A DNA stretch of 63,757 nucleotides, filler included. It is 8 parts of 8 records of this genome, joined end to end, with 100 filler letters (N's around TTAATTAATTAA, not from the genome) between each part and the next. Parts side by side here need not be neighbours in the genome. Positions count along the whole stretch, not along the records: positions 1 to 9,040 come from SRR7504441_2186; 7 more parts are not named here. One strand, written 5' to 3'. Numbering within the stretch: the stretch's first letter is position 1; each line of letters starts with the position of its first letter. Of the stretch, positions 1 through 9,140 are shown piece by piece. The notes beneath the pieces were generated by a model. The model was not told the DNA's origin. It ran no database searches and worked only from the letters and a program-made list of their open reading frames with translations. The position numbers and the translations under genes are program-made.

Positions 1-443
1 AGACGGGCAGCTGGACACCTGTTGGCAACGGGGTCAATTTACCTATCTCTAGATACACCGTTGCGTAGCCGAACAGTGCTCGCCGGGCCCCGAGCCAGAT
101 CCATCCGACAGCCGTTGTTCGGACGTTATTCGGACGTCCGGTGACCAGTCACTTCGGATAGAAGTCATCATGGTCCATTAGGAATGCTCATGCACTGATC
201 CACATGTATTAGGATTCTCCATAAATAATGTATTGTCATGTTATATTATATTGATCAGCAAATATTGAAAATGTTCTCGTATACATGTATCGAAAATTGA
301 CAGCGCACACCGTAAGAATCCAATCCGATGGCCGACACCGTGCTGTCACACCATCTGGATCGTCGTCTCTGATACACCGCTGGAGAGCGAGTCGCCGTTT
401 GCCTAGGCACGACCCGCTGCCTCTGCCGCAGTACATGTAAGAC

Positions 444-1238
444 TCAGTAGGCTGGTGGCTTGGGCGTCTCGCTTGTCTGTGGCGTCTCCTCGGGCGGCAC
501 CACCGGGCCGGTTGGCGCGGGCGGCGCCTCCTTTTGCACGCCTGAGGCGACCGGGTCGCTGGGGGCGTTGGCCGGCGCAGTGTAAACCGGAGCGGGCGCC
601 GGGGGCTGCGAAGGCTCGTTGGTGTAAACTGGGGCAGCCGGGGCCGCAGGGACGGTGGCGCCAGTTGATCCTGGGGTGGCCGGGACGCCGGCCTGGTCCT
701 CGAGCTTGTCGGCGTCCGGGTTGGCGACCTGGTTCCACAGAATCACCCAGAAGAAAGCGTAAGGGAAGAGGCAAAGCCAGACGATGATCGTGAAGGCGAA
801 CGAGGCGCCATAGTCGACGCTGTTGGCCTTGGTCCCGCCCTTGGTGTCGGCGTAGTGCCCCCAGCCGGCCGTCAGGAAGATCCAGGCCAGCGCGCAGTTG
901 GCCAGCGCGCCGATGGTCATGTACTTATAGTAGGACGTGCACTTCTCAAGCGCAATCACGATGTTCAGGCAGAGGTTGAGGCAGATGAAGATGAAGGCCA
1001 TCGCGCCCAGCCCGATCATGGCGTCTGCGGCCGACTTGGCGTCTCCGGTCAGGTCGCTCTTGCCCACGAAGTCGCAATCTACTTCTTGGAGCGAGAAGCT
1101 GCAATTCAAGCTGGAGTAGTCCACCACCCAGCCGAAGGTGGCGAAGCAGATGATCAGGACCACCAACATCGTCCCGGCCGAGGCGGCCAGCGCGATGTTG
1201 ACCCATTTGTGGTTGAACCGAGGTAGCTGAAACGCCAT
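444..1238 (-). CDS. Four-TM membrane protein (claudin/amastin-like topology) with Pro-rich C-terminal tail
   Basis: Intronless 264-aa ORF with four hydrophobic segments, a Cys-containing first loop, a 'YGASF' motif before TM4 and a Pro/Ala-rich tail. Confidence 0.65.
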   Translation of the reverse strand: MAFQLPRFNHKWVNIALAASAGTMLVVLIICFATFGWVVDYSSLNCSFSLQEVDCDFVGKSDLTGDAKSAADAMIGLGAMAFIFICLNLCLNIVIALEKCTSYYKYMTIGALANCALAWIFLTAGWGHYADTKGGTKANSVDYGASFAFTIIVWLCLFPYAFFWVILWNQVANPDADKLEDQAGVPATPGSTGATVPAAPAAPVYTNEPSQPPAPAPVYTAPANAPSDPVASGVQKEAPPAPTGPVVPPEETPQTSETPKPPAY

Positions 1239-1275
1239 GTGTTCGATTGAACTCGAGCCGGAGCGGACGGGAGAA

Positions 1276-1281
1276 CAACGG
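1276..1281 (+). promoter_or_regulatory. YAACGG (Myb-like) element in the 70-bp divergent gap
   Basis: CAACGGC between the ATGs at 1238(-) and 1309(+); the motif recurs in most promoter gaps. Confidence 0.55.
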
Positions 1282-1308
1282 CCGGGTGGAACGCGGGGGG
1301 TCCAGACG

Positions 1309-4300
1309 ATGGGGTTGCGGCCGGTGCTGTTGGCGTGGCTGGTGGGCTCGGCCGCGGGCGCACGTTATAGCTATAACGTGACCTGGAGCCCGCACAGCCC
1401 GGCGGTGGCCGCCCCGGACCCGCGCGCCGGGGCCAGCCTGGTGCCGCTCGGCTCGACTCTGTTCCTATTCGGCGGTCGCGGCCCAGACGGCCGGCCGGCC
1501 TCCCAGTCGCTGCTGGCGTACAATCTGGTGTCCAAGGCCTGGCAGCTGCCCTCGCTCACCGGCGATCCGCCCGCCCCGCGGTTCGGTCAGGCGGCGGCGG
1601 CAGTGCAGGGGGCGGGCCTGCTGATCCAGGGCGGTTTCGGCAGCTCGGGCGCGCTGGCAGACCTGTGGCTTCTGGACCTGGCCAAGATGCGCTGGCGGTC
1701 GGTGGCCACAACCGGGGGGAGCCCCAGCGCGCGCGGGTACCACTCACTGACCGAGCTGGAGGGGCAGAGCTACTTTCTGTGCGGCGGGGTGAACGCCAGC
1801 GAGCCAACGGAAGGAGCCGAGGTGATGAACCAAGTGTGGCGGCTGCAGCTCAACTGCGCCACAAACGGCAGCCTGGTCTGCACCGGGGTCTGGAAGCAGC
1901 TGACGCTTGCCGACCCTCATAGCACCGCGCTCCAAAGGTACGGGCACGCTGCAGTCAACTACGGGCTGAGCAGCTCCACCGCCAAGGACCAGGTGGTTCC
2001 GTTCGTGCTGATCATGCAGGGGGCCGACCAGAGCTTCACTCCGCAGCCCGGCGTGTCTGTCCTATCGGTGAGCGGGGACACAGTCAGTGCGGTCGCTGCT
2101 ATGGAGAGCTCGTCCGGGGTTGGGCCGCTCCAGTTCCACACCGCAGTGAGCGACCAGAGCTTCATCTACGTGTACGGCGGGATGCAGCGGTCGGGCCAGC
2201 TGTCGGGCGAGCTGCTCATGTTGGAGCGGCACGGGAATATGAATGTGAGGCTGAGTGCCGATTACCCGCCCACCAACACAAGCTTTGATCCACGGGCCGG
2301 GCACTCAGCTGCGCTCGTGGGCGCGGGCGCCTTCCTTCCCGGCCCGGGCTGGTATTGCCCGGCGTGCATGCCGGATGGGGTGGTGGATCCGCATAAGCTT
2401 TATGGCAAGAAGATGAATTGCGGAGTAGTGATGCTGTTTGGCGGCCGAGGTGTCGAGCGAATGTACAACGATATGCGAGGCTACCGCAACTTCAGTCTGG
2501 ACGACCGAGTGTTTCTGTCCTTCTGGAACAGCCGGGCCTCGGCCAAGGTGTTTATGCGCCCGCTGAGTAGCCGAGGCATCAAGAACGGCTCCACTCTGCA
2601 TGTTGTGGGTGGCGAAGTCAACACCGATGGCTCTGACCCGGGCGCTTTCATTGTTCCAGCCCAGCAGGATCTGGAGCTCTCGCTAGACGCAGGCCCGGTG
2701 ATCACACCGGCAGCCCAGTCCAGTGCAGATGCTGCTGCAGACGTTGGCTCTCTGCGCGACTTTTCGATGGTGCTGCGATCTAAGCCTGAGGAAGTGATTG
2801 TGCATGGCGGTAGGACCGCGCCCCTCGAGTTGGGGGCGGCTGTAGGGGTCCAGCTCAACATCAGCCAGGAGACGTATCGGTTTGATAGCTCCGGGAAGTG
2901 GACTCGACTCGAGTGCTCAGTTGCTCGTTCGTCGATGCTCGTGCCGCGATACTCACACTGCGCCGCCATGTTTGATGCCCAAACAATGATCGTGTTTGGT
3001 GGGGCAGTAAGCGGGACTGACACCTCGGGTGGAGTGCACAATCTCTTGGGTAACCTAGCGCTGCTGAACCTTAACACGCTCGAGTGGAATTCAACACAGC
3101 AGCAGACGCCGGTGGGACAAAGCATCTTCGGGCACGCGTGTACCATGATTGACAGCCACAGGCTAGTCATCACCGGTGGGATTGGTACCGACTCTAATTA
3201 CGAGGTACCGAGCTCCAAGGATTCATGGAATTGGGTCACGACGACATACATGTACGACTTTGCCCAATCGTCTTGGACACAGCTGTCCTTCACAGGAGGT
3301 AGTTACCCAGTAAGCTTTGCATTCCACAGCGTCCTTGCTGGCCCCAATCAGACGCTCCTGGCCATCGGTGGTCTCACAAAGGACTCGAGTACACAGAAAG
3401 TCACAGCCACCAATGAGGTCTATTCAGCGGACTTTGCCCCCTGCGTGCTTGATCCATCAGACGACTATTGTGATGGGTGGTACAAACCTGCCTCCAATGG
3501 TTCATTGAACGCTGATGCCCCAGCCTTGTATCGGCATTCAATCCACCCGATGCCTTTGCATCAACAGGGTCTGTCCTTCACAAAACAGGCTCTAGTGTAT
3601 GGCGGTGTGACGATTGACGGTTCAATCTCAGATACTATTTGGGATGTCAACTTTGGCTTCGACTTTGTGGCGCCTGCACCACCAACAATCGCGCCCACCA
3701 CACTGGCCCCCACCACAGCGCCGCCATTAACAGCTGCCCCGACCTCTAATCGCGAAAAGGACACTACAGAACTAGTGATCATTGCTTCAGTGAGTATTGT
3801 TCTTGTCATTCTGGCGGTTGGTTTCTGCACCATGATCTACTATCGCAGGCATGCTGCGAAAATACAGGAGTTCCAGGATAGTCTTGCTGCTGGGATGGCA
3901 CCTGGCGCGGAGGAAGATTCGCAGCCCTGGCAAGGTCCAATCAAGGAGAACCCTGAGGATTATCGCAACTGGGAGAAGGAGTTCGGATCCAAGCTGCTCG
4001 AGGCACCGGACTTTGTCATTCGGTTCTGTGACCTGAGAATGGTTAAGCAGATTGGGCATGGGTCTTCGTGTGTGGTCCACGTGGGTTGGTGGGGCGACGC
4101 GCCTGTGGCGATAAAAAGGTTCTTTCTCCATAGGAATTACCAGCCAAGCGACTTCTATAGAGAGACTCTTGTGCATAAGCAGCTAGACCACCAGAATGTG
4201 TTGCCGCTCCTCGCCATCACCATAAATCCGCCCTGCTCAGTGACGCCGCTGATGCGTCATGGGAGCCTGTTCCACATTCTCCAATCAACTCAGGAGTTGC

Positions 4301-4974
4301 AGTACAGTCACATTCTTCAGATTGCAATCGATGCTGTGGACGGAATGCGCTATCTGCATAGCCAAGATGTAATCCATCGTGACCTGAAGACTCTCAACTT
4401 ATTAGTGGACGATTCGTGGAACGTGAAAGTGTGCGACTTCGGTATCGCGAGGTTCCAGGTGTCTGCAATGACAGCCGCGATTGGGTCCATCCAGTACATG
4501 GCCCCGGAAGTATTTGTATCCAACCACTACACAACCAAGTCGGATGTTTATTCATTCGCCATCATTCTCTGGGAGATGGCAACCCGCCAGGTTCCTTACG
4601 CGGATAGTTTCACCTCTCCATTCGCAGTGTGCTGCAACGTCCGTGAAGGCAAGCGCCTCGAAATTCCGAGTAGCTGCCGGCCAGAATACACCGAGCTGAT
4701 AGAAAAGTGCTGGTGCCACGATGCCAACCTGCGACCAGACTTTGAGGAAGTGTTCGCTGAGTTACAAGCGATCTTGAAAGAGGCAGAGAAAGAAGCCGAG
4801 CAGCTACACGGCACGCCGAGGCAGTCGCTTCGGGACTCAATGAAGGAGCTTTTGCCTTCTTCACACGAGGCCAGCTTTGCCACGCTGCCCGGATTTGAGG
4901 AACCTAGCACTAGAGACTCGTCAGTTCATGAACTGCTCCTCGACCCAGCAGCTGAAAATTCGAGCAAGTCCTAA
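1309..4974 (+). CDS. Receptor-like TKL-group protein kinase with Kelch-repeat ectodomain
   Basis: Signal peptide (MGLRPVLLAWLVGSAAG), many Kelch repeats (LFGG, IQGG, VYGG, VFGG), PTT-rich stalk, one TM, kinase motifs VAIK, HRDLKTLN, DFG, APE, SDVYSF; intronless. Confidence 0.9.
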   Translation: MGLRPVLLAWLVGSAAGARYSYNVTWSPHSPAVAAPDPRAGASLVPLGSTLFLFGGRGPDGRPASQSLLAYNLVSKAWQLPSLTGDPPAPRFGQAAAAVQGAGLLIQGGFGSSGALADLWLLDLAKMRWRSVATTGGSPSARGYHSLTELEGQSYFLCGGVNASEPTEGAEVMNQVWRLQLNCATNGSLVCTGVWKQLTLADPHSTALQRYGHAAVNYGLSSSTAKDQVVPFVLIMQGADQSFTPQPGVSVLSVSGDTVSAVAAMESSSGVGPLQFHTAVSDQSFIYVYGGMQRSGQLSGELLMLERHGNMNVRLSADYPPTNTSFDPRAGHSAALVGAGAFLPGPGWYCPACMPDGVVDPHKLYGKKMNCGVVMLFGGRGVERMYNDMRGYRNFSLDDRVFLSFWNSRASAKVFMRPLSSRGIKNGSTLHVVGGEVNTDGSDPGAFIVPAQQDLELSLDAGPVITPAAQSSADAAADVGSLRDFSMVLRSKPEEVIVHGGRTAPLELGAAVGVQLNISQETYRFDSSGKWTRLECSVARSSMLVPRYSHCAAMFDAQTMIVFGGAVSGTDTSGGVHNLLGNLALLNLNTLEWNSTQQQTPVGQSIFGHACTMIDSHRLVITGGIGTDSNYEVPSSKDSWNWVTTTYMYDFAQSSWTQLSFTGGSYPVSFAFHSVLAGPNQTLLAIGGLTKDSSTQKVTATNEVYSADFAPCVLDPSDDYCDGWYKPASNGSLNADAPALYRHSIHPMPLHQQGLSFTKQALVYGGVTIDGSISDTIWDVNFGFDFVAPAPPTIAPTTLAPTTAPPLTAAPTSNREKDTTELVIIASVSIVLVILAVGFCTMIYYRRHAAKIQEFQDSLAAGMAPGAEEDSQPWQGPIKENPEDYRNWEKEFGSKLLEAPDFVIRFCDLRMVKQIGHGSSCVVHVGWWGDAPVAIKRFFLHRNYQPSDFYRETLVHKQLDHQNVLPLLAITINPPCSVTPLMRHGSLFHILQSTQELQYSHILQIAIDAVDGMRYLHSQDVIHRDLKTLNLLVDDSWNVKVCDFGIARFQVSAMTAAIGSIQYMAPEVFVSNHYTTKSDVYSFAIILWEMATRQVPYADSFTSPFAVCCNVREGKRLEIPSSCRPEYTELIEKCWCHDANLRPDFEEVFAELQAILKEAEKEAEQLHGTPRQSLRDSMKELLPSSHEASFATLPGFEEPSTRDSSVHELLLDPAAENSSKS

Positions 4975-5144
4975 CTAATTAAAGAATTAAAGAATTCGAA
5001 ACAGCATCGAATTATTTAATAAGCGCGCGTGGCACAATCATGATCAATACTTGTAACCACAATGATGATTTTTAAAGTGAGCGAGCTACTGGGCTAAGCG
5101 TTAGCTGTTTTCCAATTGCTTACGCCTTTAGTTACGGTACTACG

Positions 5145-6311
5145 CTATGCATTCGGGTGGACACGGGCTTCCAACCGCTTGCTTGCCTCCCTTGACCTAA
5201 TGGCGAGTTGCTGCTCGAGCTCATCCACCCTTGCCTCAAGCCTGTCCCCGGACGCCTTCTCGTTCTCGTACCACTCGAGCATGAACCGCTGAGCTGTGAT
5301 CGCTTGCTTCAGCTTGGACTCAGCGGCCCCTAGCTTCTGCTCAGCTATCACGCACTTTTGCTGCAGCCGGTCGGCGTGTGCTCCTTCGACCTCCAGAATG
5401 CAGACAGCCTCGTCCTTCAACGCAGCTACCGCCTGCTGTTGACTCAGCTCCGACCTGCTTTGGATGCTAGCAGCAAGCCCGTCCAGCCTTGATACGAGAC
5501 GGGGCAGCCGCTCGCTGCTCGGGGCCAGCATCGACTCCCGCTGCTTGGCGCACCGCATCTCTAGCCGCCACTGGTGGACCGACCCGGCCAGCGCCCCCTG
5601 GGACACCCGGGCCAGCACCAGCCGCACCTGCTGCAAGCCCGCCCTGTGTGCTGTCGCAGTGGCCCGCAGCTCACTTGCTTGCAGCTCGCGTCGGGTTCGG
5701 TCCAACTGCGCCTTCTCCTCTATCAAATCGGCCTTGGCCTGCTCCGCCGCCGCTCTCTGCATGTCGCGATCGGCCTTGGCCTGCTCCGCCGCCTCGTCCG
5801 TCGCCTCCACGAGCAGGTTCATAAACGGCGCCGGCGCGCTCTGTCGCCCCTGGTCGGCGTGGGCCGCCTGCGTGTCCATAAACGGGGGCACGCCCACCCG
5901 ACCGGGCCGTATCCGCTGATAAGCATGGGCCGCCCGCTGCTGCCAGTTCCGCACTGCGCCGTATAGCCGGCCGTGCAGCCGCCGCTTGAAAGCCCGGGCG
6001 AGCTGCCCGATCGCCCCCCGCTGCGTCCGCTGGCTCAGATCTTGCAAGTCCCGCTCCAATTCGGACCGCTCCAGCTTAGACGCTCGCAGCTCGGCCCCGC
6101 TCTGCTCGGCCTGGCGCTGCTCCGCTCGCAGCTGCTCACGATCCGCCAGGCGGCCGTCCTCAGCCATGCCGAACCGCCACTGGCGGACAGCCACGCCTGC
6201 CTGGCCAGTCAGGGATCTGTTCATCAGCAGCTTGAGTTGGGTCATGGCCGCGTGCTGGGTGATGTCCTTGACGAACTGTCCCACGTCGCACTCCGCCTCA
6301 TCCGCTGGCAT
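5145..6311 (-). CDS. Coiled-coil protein with three Sfi1-like (..G...AV..WR) repeats
   Basis: Long ORF with coiled-coil composition; repeats QLKLLMNRSLTGQAGVAVRQWR, QLARAFKRRLHGRLYGAVRNWQ, QVRLVLARVSQGALAGSVHQWR; start placed at the first ATG (6311). Confidence 0.55.
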   Translation of the reverse strand: MPADEAECDVGQFVKDITQHAAMTQLKLLMNRSLTGQAGVAVRQWRFGMAEDGRLADREQLRAEQRQAEQSGAELRASKLERSELERDLQDLSQRTQRGAIGQLARAFKRRLHGRLYGAVRNWQQRAAHAYQRIRPGRVGVPPFMDTQAAHADQGRQSAPAPFMNLLVEATDEAAEQAKADRDMQRAAAEQAKADLIEEKAQLDRTRRELQASELRATATAHRAGLQQVRLVLARVSQGALAGSVHQWRLEMRCAKQRESMLAPSSERLPRLVSRLDGLAASIQSRSELSQQQAVAALKDEAVCILEVEGAHADRLQQKCVIAEQKLGAAESKLKQAITAQRFMLEWYENEKASGDRLEARVDELEQQLAIRSREASKRLEARVHPNA

Positions 6312-6334
6312 TGTCTCAACAGCAACCCGTCCAG

Positions 6335-6340
6335 CAACGG
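6335..6340 (+). promoter_or_regulatory. YAACGG element in divergent gap
   Basis: CAACGGC between the ATGs at 6311(-) and 6473(+). Confidence 0.45.
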
Positions 6341-6472
6341 CAAAGCGTATATCGAGAACGCCCAGCAATCGGGGTCCCTTGTCTGAGCCGTCCTCCGCTC
6401 TCGGCTTTGATCCCGGATCGGTCGGCCGGCTCTCCCCGGCGCTTGAGTTGCTCACCCTAGCACAGAGCGGTG

Positions 6473-6997
6473 ATGGACGCCGCCACGGTGTTCGCCGAGC
6501 TAGATACGGACGGGAACGGCGAGCTGACGCTCCAGGAGCTCTCCTGCCGGCTGTCGGACATGGGCTTCGATGAGGACGATATCACCCAGCTGTTCCAGTC
6601 GCTGGACGCCAATAACGACGGCGTGATCACCCTGGAGGAGTTCGAGGCCGGGTACGAAGAATACTGCGATTACTGCGATGACGACCTGCCGATGTGCGTC
6701 GAGGGCCCCTCCTCCGAGATCAAGGGCCGGGCCAACCCGTACGCCCACGAGATGCACGGGAGCGCCCCGGGTGCGCTGCTCGGCCAGCCCAGGGCTAAAC
6801 TGGTGCAGATGCGGAGGAGAAGAAGGAGGAGAAGAAGGAGAGCAGCAGCTCAAGCAGCTCCAGTGCAGCCCCCCTAGAGCCGCCCACCGGTTAGGGGTTG
6901 GTGTACAGGTTCATCTGATGATGATTCGGATGATGACTTCCCGATGTGCGTAGAAGGTCCATCCAGTCACATTAAGGGCCGAGCTAATCCTAATTAG
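6473..6997 (+). CDS. Two-EF-hand Ca2+-binding protein with duplicated C-terminal motif (2 introns)
   Basis: EF loops DTDGNGELTLQE and DANNDGVITLEE; GT-AG introns near 6771-6808 and 6863-6908; motif DDD(L/F)PMCVEGPSS(E/H)IKGRANP occurs twice; TAG at 6995-6997. Confidence 0.8.
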
Positions 6998-7161
6998 CTC
7001 CCAATTAGCAGCAACAGTGCGCCGCCATAGCAAGACACGAGAGTACGTATGAGTGTCGGAGTGTCTACAACTACATACATTTAATGAACGCTTGAATAAC
7101 GCTTATAGCTCAGCATTGGATATAAACTTAGTTCCTAGGAGATGTCATGAATATGCCATGA

Positions 7162-7663
7162 TCAGCCGCTGTGTGGATTTTGTAAAGCCCTCCATAAGTC
7201 AAACACTTGTTGCTCAACTTGTTGCATTCCGAGCTTCAGTTCGAGTAATGCAGTGTGTTGGACGGTAACTTCCCCGCCATACTGCTTCAAGGAGGCCTCT
7301 AATACGTCCAATTTGGCAAACCCATGGTCAAACTTTTCGCATCGAAGCTGTTGCGCTGTCACGTCGGCTTCTAGTCCGTCCACCCGCCCTTTCATGGGAT
7401 CGAGCCGGTGCCTACAGGATCGAGCCTGGAGAATTGAGCCGCCGTGCCGCCCATGGCCTCCCATTCAGTGAGACCGATCGTCCCACCTGTGGCAACATCA
7501 ACCGCAGTCATCCACTTTGTGAAAAGGCATTCCATCATGCCCTCCACAGCTTCACTCAGTTCGACACAGCGCGTCTCCAGTGTACCCAGGCGCGCCTCAT
7601 CTGCCTCAGACAGGCTGCAGTCGGTGGTTTCGGTGGGCCTTTGGGCATAGCTCGCGGCCCCAT
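7162..7663 (-). pseudogene. 5'-truncated, frameshifted EF-hand-like/coiled-coil gene remnant
   Basis: Degenerate EF-hands (DVATGGTIGLTEW, RLDPVGTGSI) followed by a coiled coil in another frame; one missing C in the C-run near 7396 would join the frames; begins at a TTGCAG acceptor with no evident upstream exon. Confidence 0.45.
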
Positions 7664-7684
7664 CTGCAACACAGCTCCCATCAG

Positions 7685-8300
7685 CAACTTCAGGCAGAGG
7701 CATCTCTATGGCACTCTGCCACAAAGCTTCAGCAATTTGTCGAATCTCGTTTATCTGTGAGTGCTCACTTGCACTAGAGGGGCTCACTTCCCTGTGCAGC
7801 GATCTACACGGCAACGTCTTCACAGGAAGTCTGCCACACGGACTGGCCAACAGCTCGTCTCTACTGTGGATGTGAGTTGGATGCGTTCGTGCCGTGGTCT
7901 GACGTCCATTGATTGTCACAGAGACCTAACATACAACAAGCTGGAAGGCTGGGACTGGCTTGAGGGCCAGCCGTCACAACCGTGGCAGCAGTGGGGGCAG
8001 CTGACCCAAATCGATGGCAGAGGTAATTTCCAGCAGCCAAACACCGTGTACCACAAGCTGGAGTCATACGTCTATGGTCAGGGTCGCCGTGATTCTCTTG
8101 CAGCAAACCCTCCAGTACATGGCTCCGAAAATCCAGGTGGAGCACTCCAGGTTCCTTTTAAGCTATGGGTCGGGATCTCAGGTGTTGGAGGATTTCCGTC
8201 TACGCGATACGATCATGTTTCGTATGACCTGCACCAGCCTACTGGAGAAGGCACTTATGAATTCCCTAGCTTGAACGATGGATATCCAAGAAATGTTTAA
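7685..8300 (+). pseudogene. 5'-truncated LRR gene with one 24-aa LRR per 72-nt exon
   Basis: Exons 7685-7756, 7800-7871 and 7922-8300 splice (GTGAG..CAG) to NFRQRHLYGTLPQSFSNLSNLVYLDLHGNVFTGSLPHGLANSSSLLWIDLTYNKLEG; no start exon or promoter is visible. Confidence 0.65.
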
Positions 8301-8416
8301 TCAAAGTAATTAGCTCATAGGGACGAGCCATATGAGCTGAATAATCAAAGTTCAATTAATAACTAGTTCTAAGTTCTTGCATCGATTGGCTTTTTAGAGA
8401 GCTCTCCTTCTGTTCG

Positions 8417-9040
8417 TCACTCGCTGGCTCCTGGCCCAGCAGTCTTTTGCCGCTTCCTTTCCTCGCGCGCAGCACTCTCTGCCAGCTTTTCCGCCTCGGC
8501 GCGTGCCTGCTGGGCCTCGTTCTCGAGGGCCTTGTCGGATTTCTTCCTTGCGCGCTCATTCAGAAAGCTCCAGTCATGCTCAGGCAGCAGTGTCTGCAGG
8601 CCCTGGGCCACCTCGCCCTCAAAGTGGTACACCAGCGACCAGAAGCAGCGGGGCGATATCTGGGCCATCTTGAACGGCTTGAGGTGCTCCCTGGCCGCCT
8701 CGCCGCCCTCATCGAGCACCATCTGGTACACCGCCCTCAGTGCCTCCTTCTCCACCAACTCCACGTCCTTGTCGCACTTCCAGGCCCGCTCCCCCTTGAA
8801 CTTGACGTTGTACCGGCCGGAGCTCCCGTCGCCCAGTCGGAACGCCTGGACTGGCTCGAACTCGTACTGGCGGCCCATCGCGGCCCGGTAACGGAAGTTG
8901 GCCAACGTCTCGCTTTGCACGTGCGAGAGCGCGAACTTGAGTGCGTCACGCAGGTACGAGACTCCGAGGTCCTCGTCCTGGCCCTTCCGCCCGCCGGCCG
9001 CCACCATCTGCTCGGCGATCCCTTCCTCCGACTTGAAGAG
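8417..9040 (-). CDS. Hypothetical protein, 3' part (5' end lost at contig edge)
   Basis: GC3-rich ORF open up to the gap, with globular-looking sequence (LKPFKMAQISPRCFWSLV, LLPEHDWSFL). Confidence 0.7.
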   Translation of the reverse strand, partial: LFKSEEGIAEQMVAAGGRKGQDEDLGVSYLRDALKFALSHVQSETLANFRYRAAMGRQYEFEPVQAFRLGDGSSGRYNVKFKGERAWKCDKDVELVEKEALRAVYQMVLDEGGEAAREHLKPFKMAQISPRCFWSLVYHFEGEVAQGLQTLLPEHDWSFLNERARKKSDKALENEAQQARAEAEKLAESAAREERKRQKTAGPGASE

Positions 9041-9140
9041 NNNNNNNNNNNNNNNNNNNNNNNNNNNNNNNNNNNNNNNNNNNNTTAATTAATTAANNNN
9101 NNNNNNNNNNNNNNNNNNNNNNNNNNNNNNNNNNNNNNNN
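9041..9140. other. Artificial contig linker
   Basis: N-run with central TTAATTAATTAA (stops in all six frames). Confidence 0.98.
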
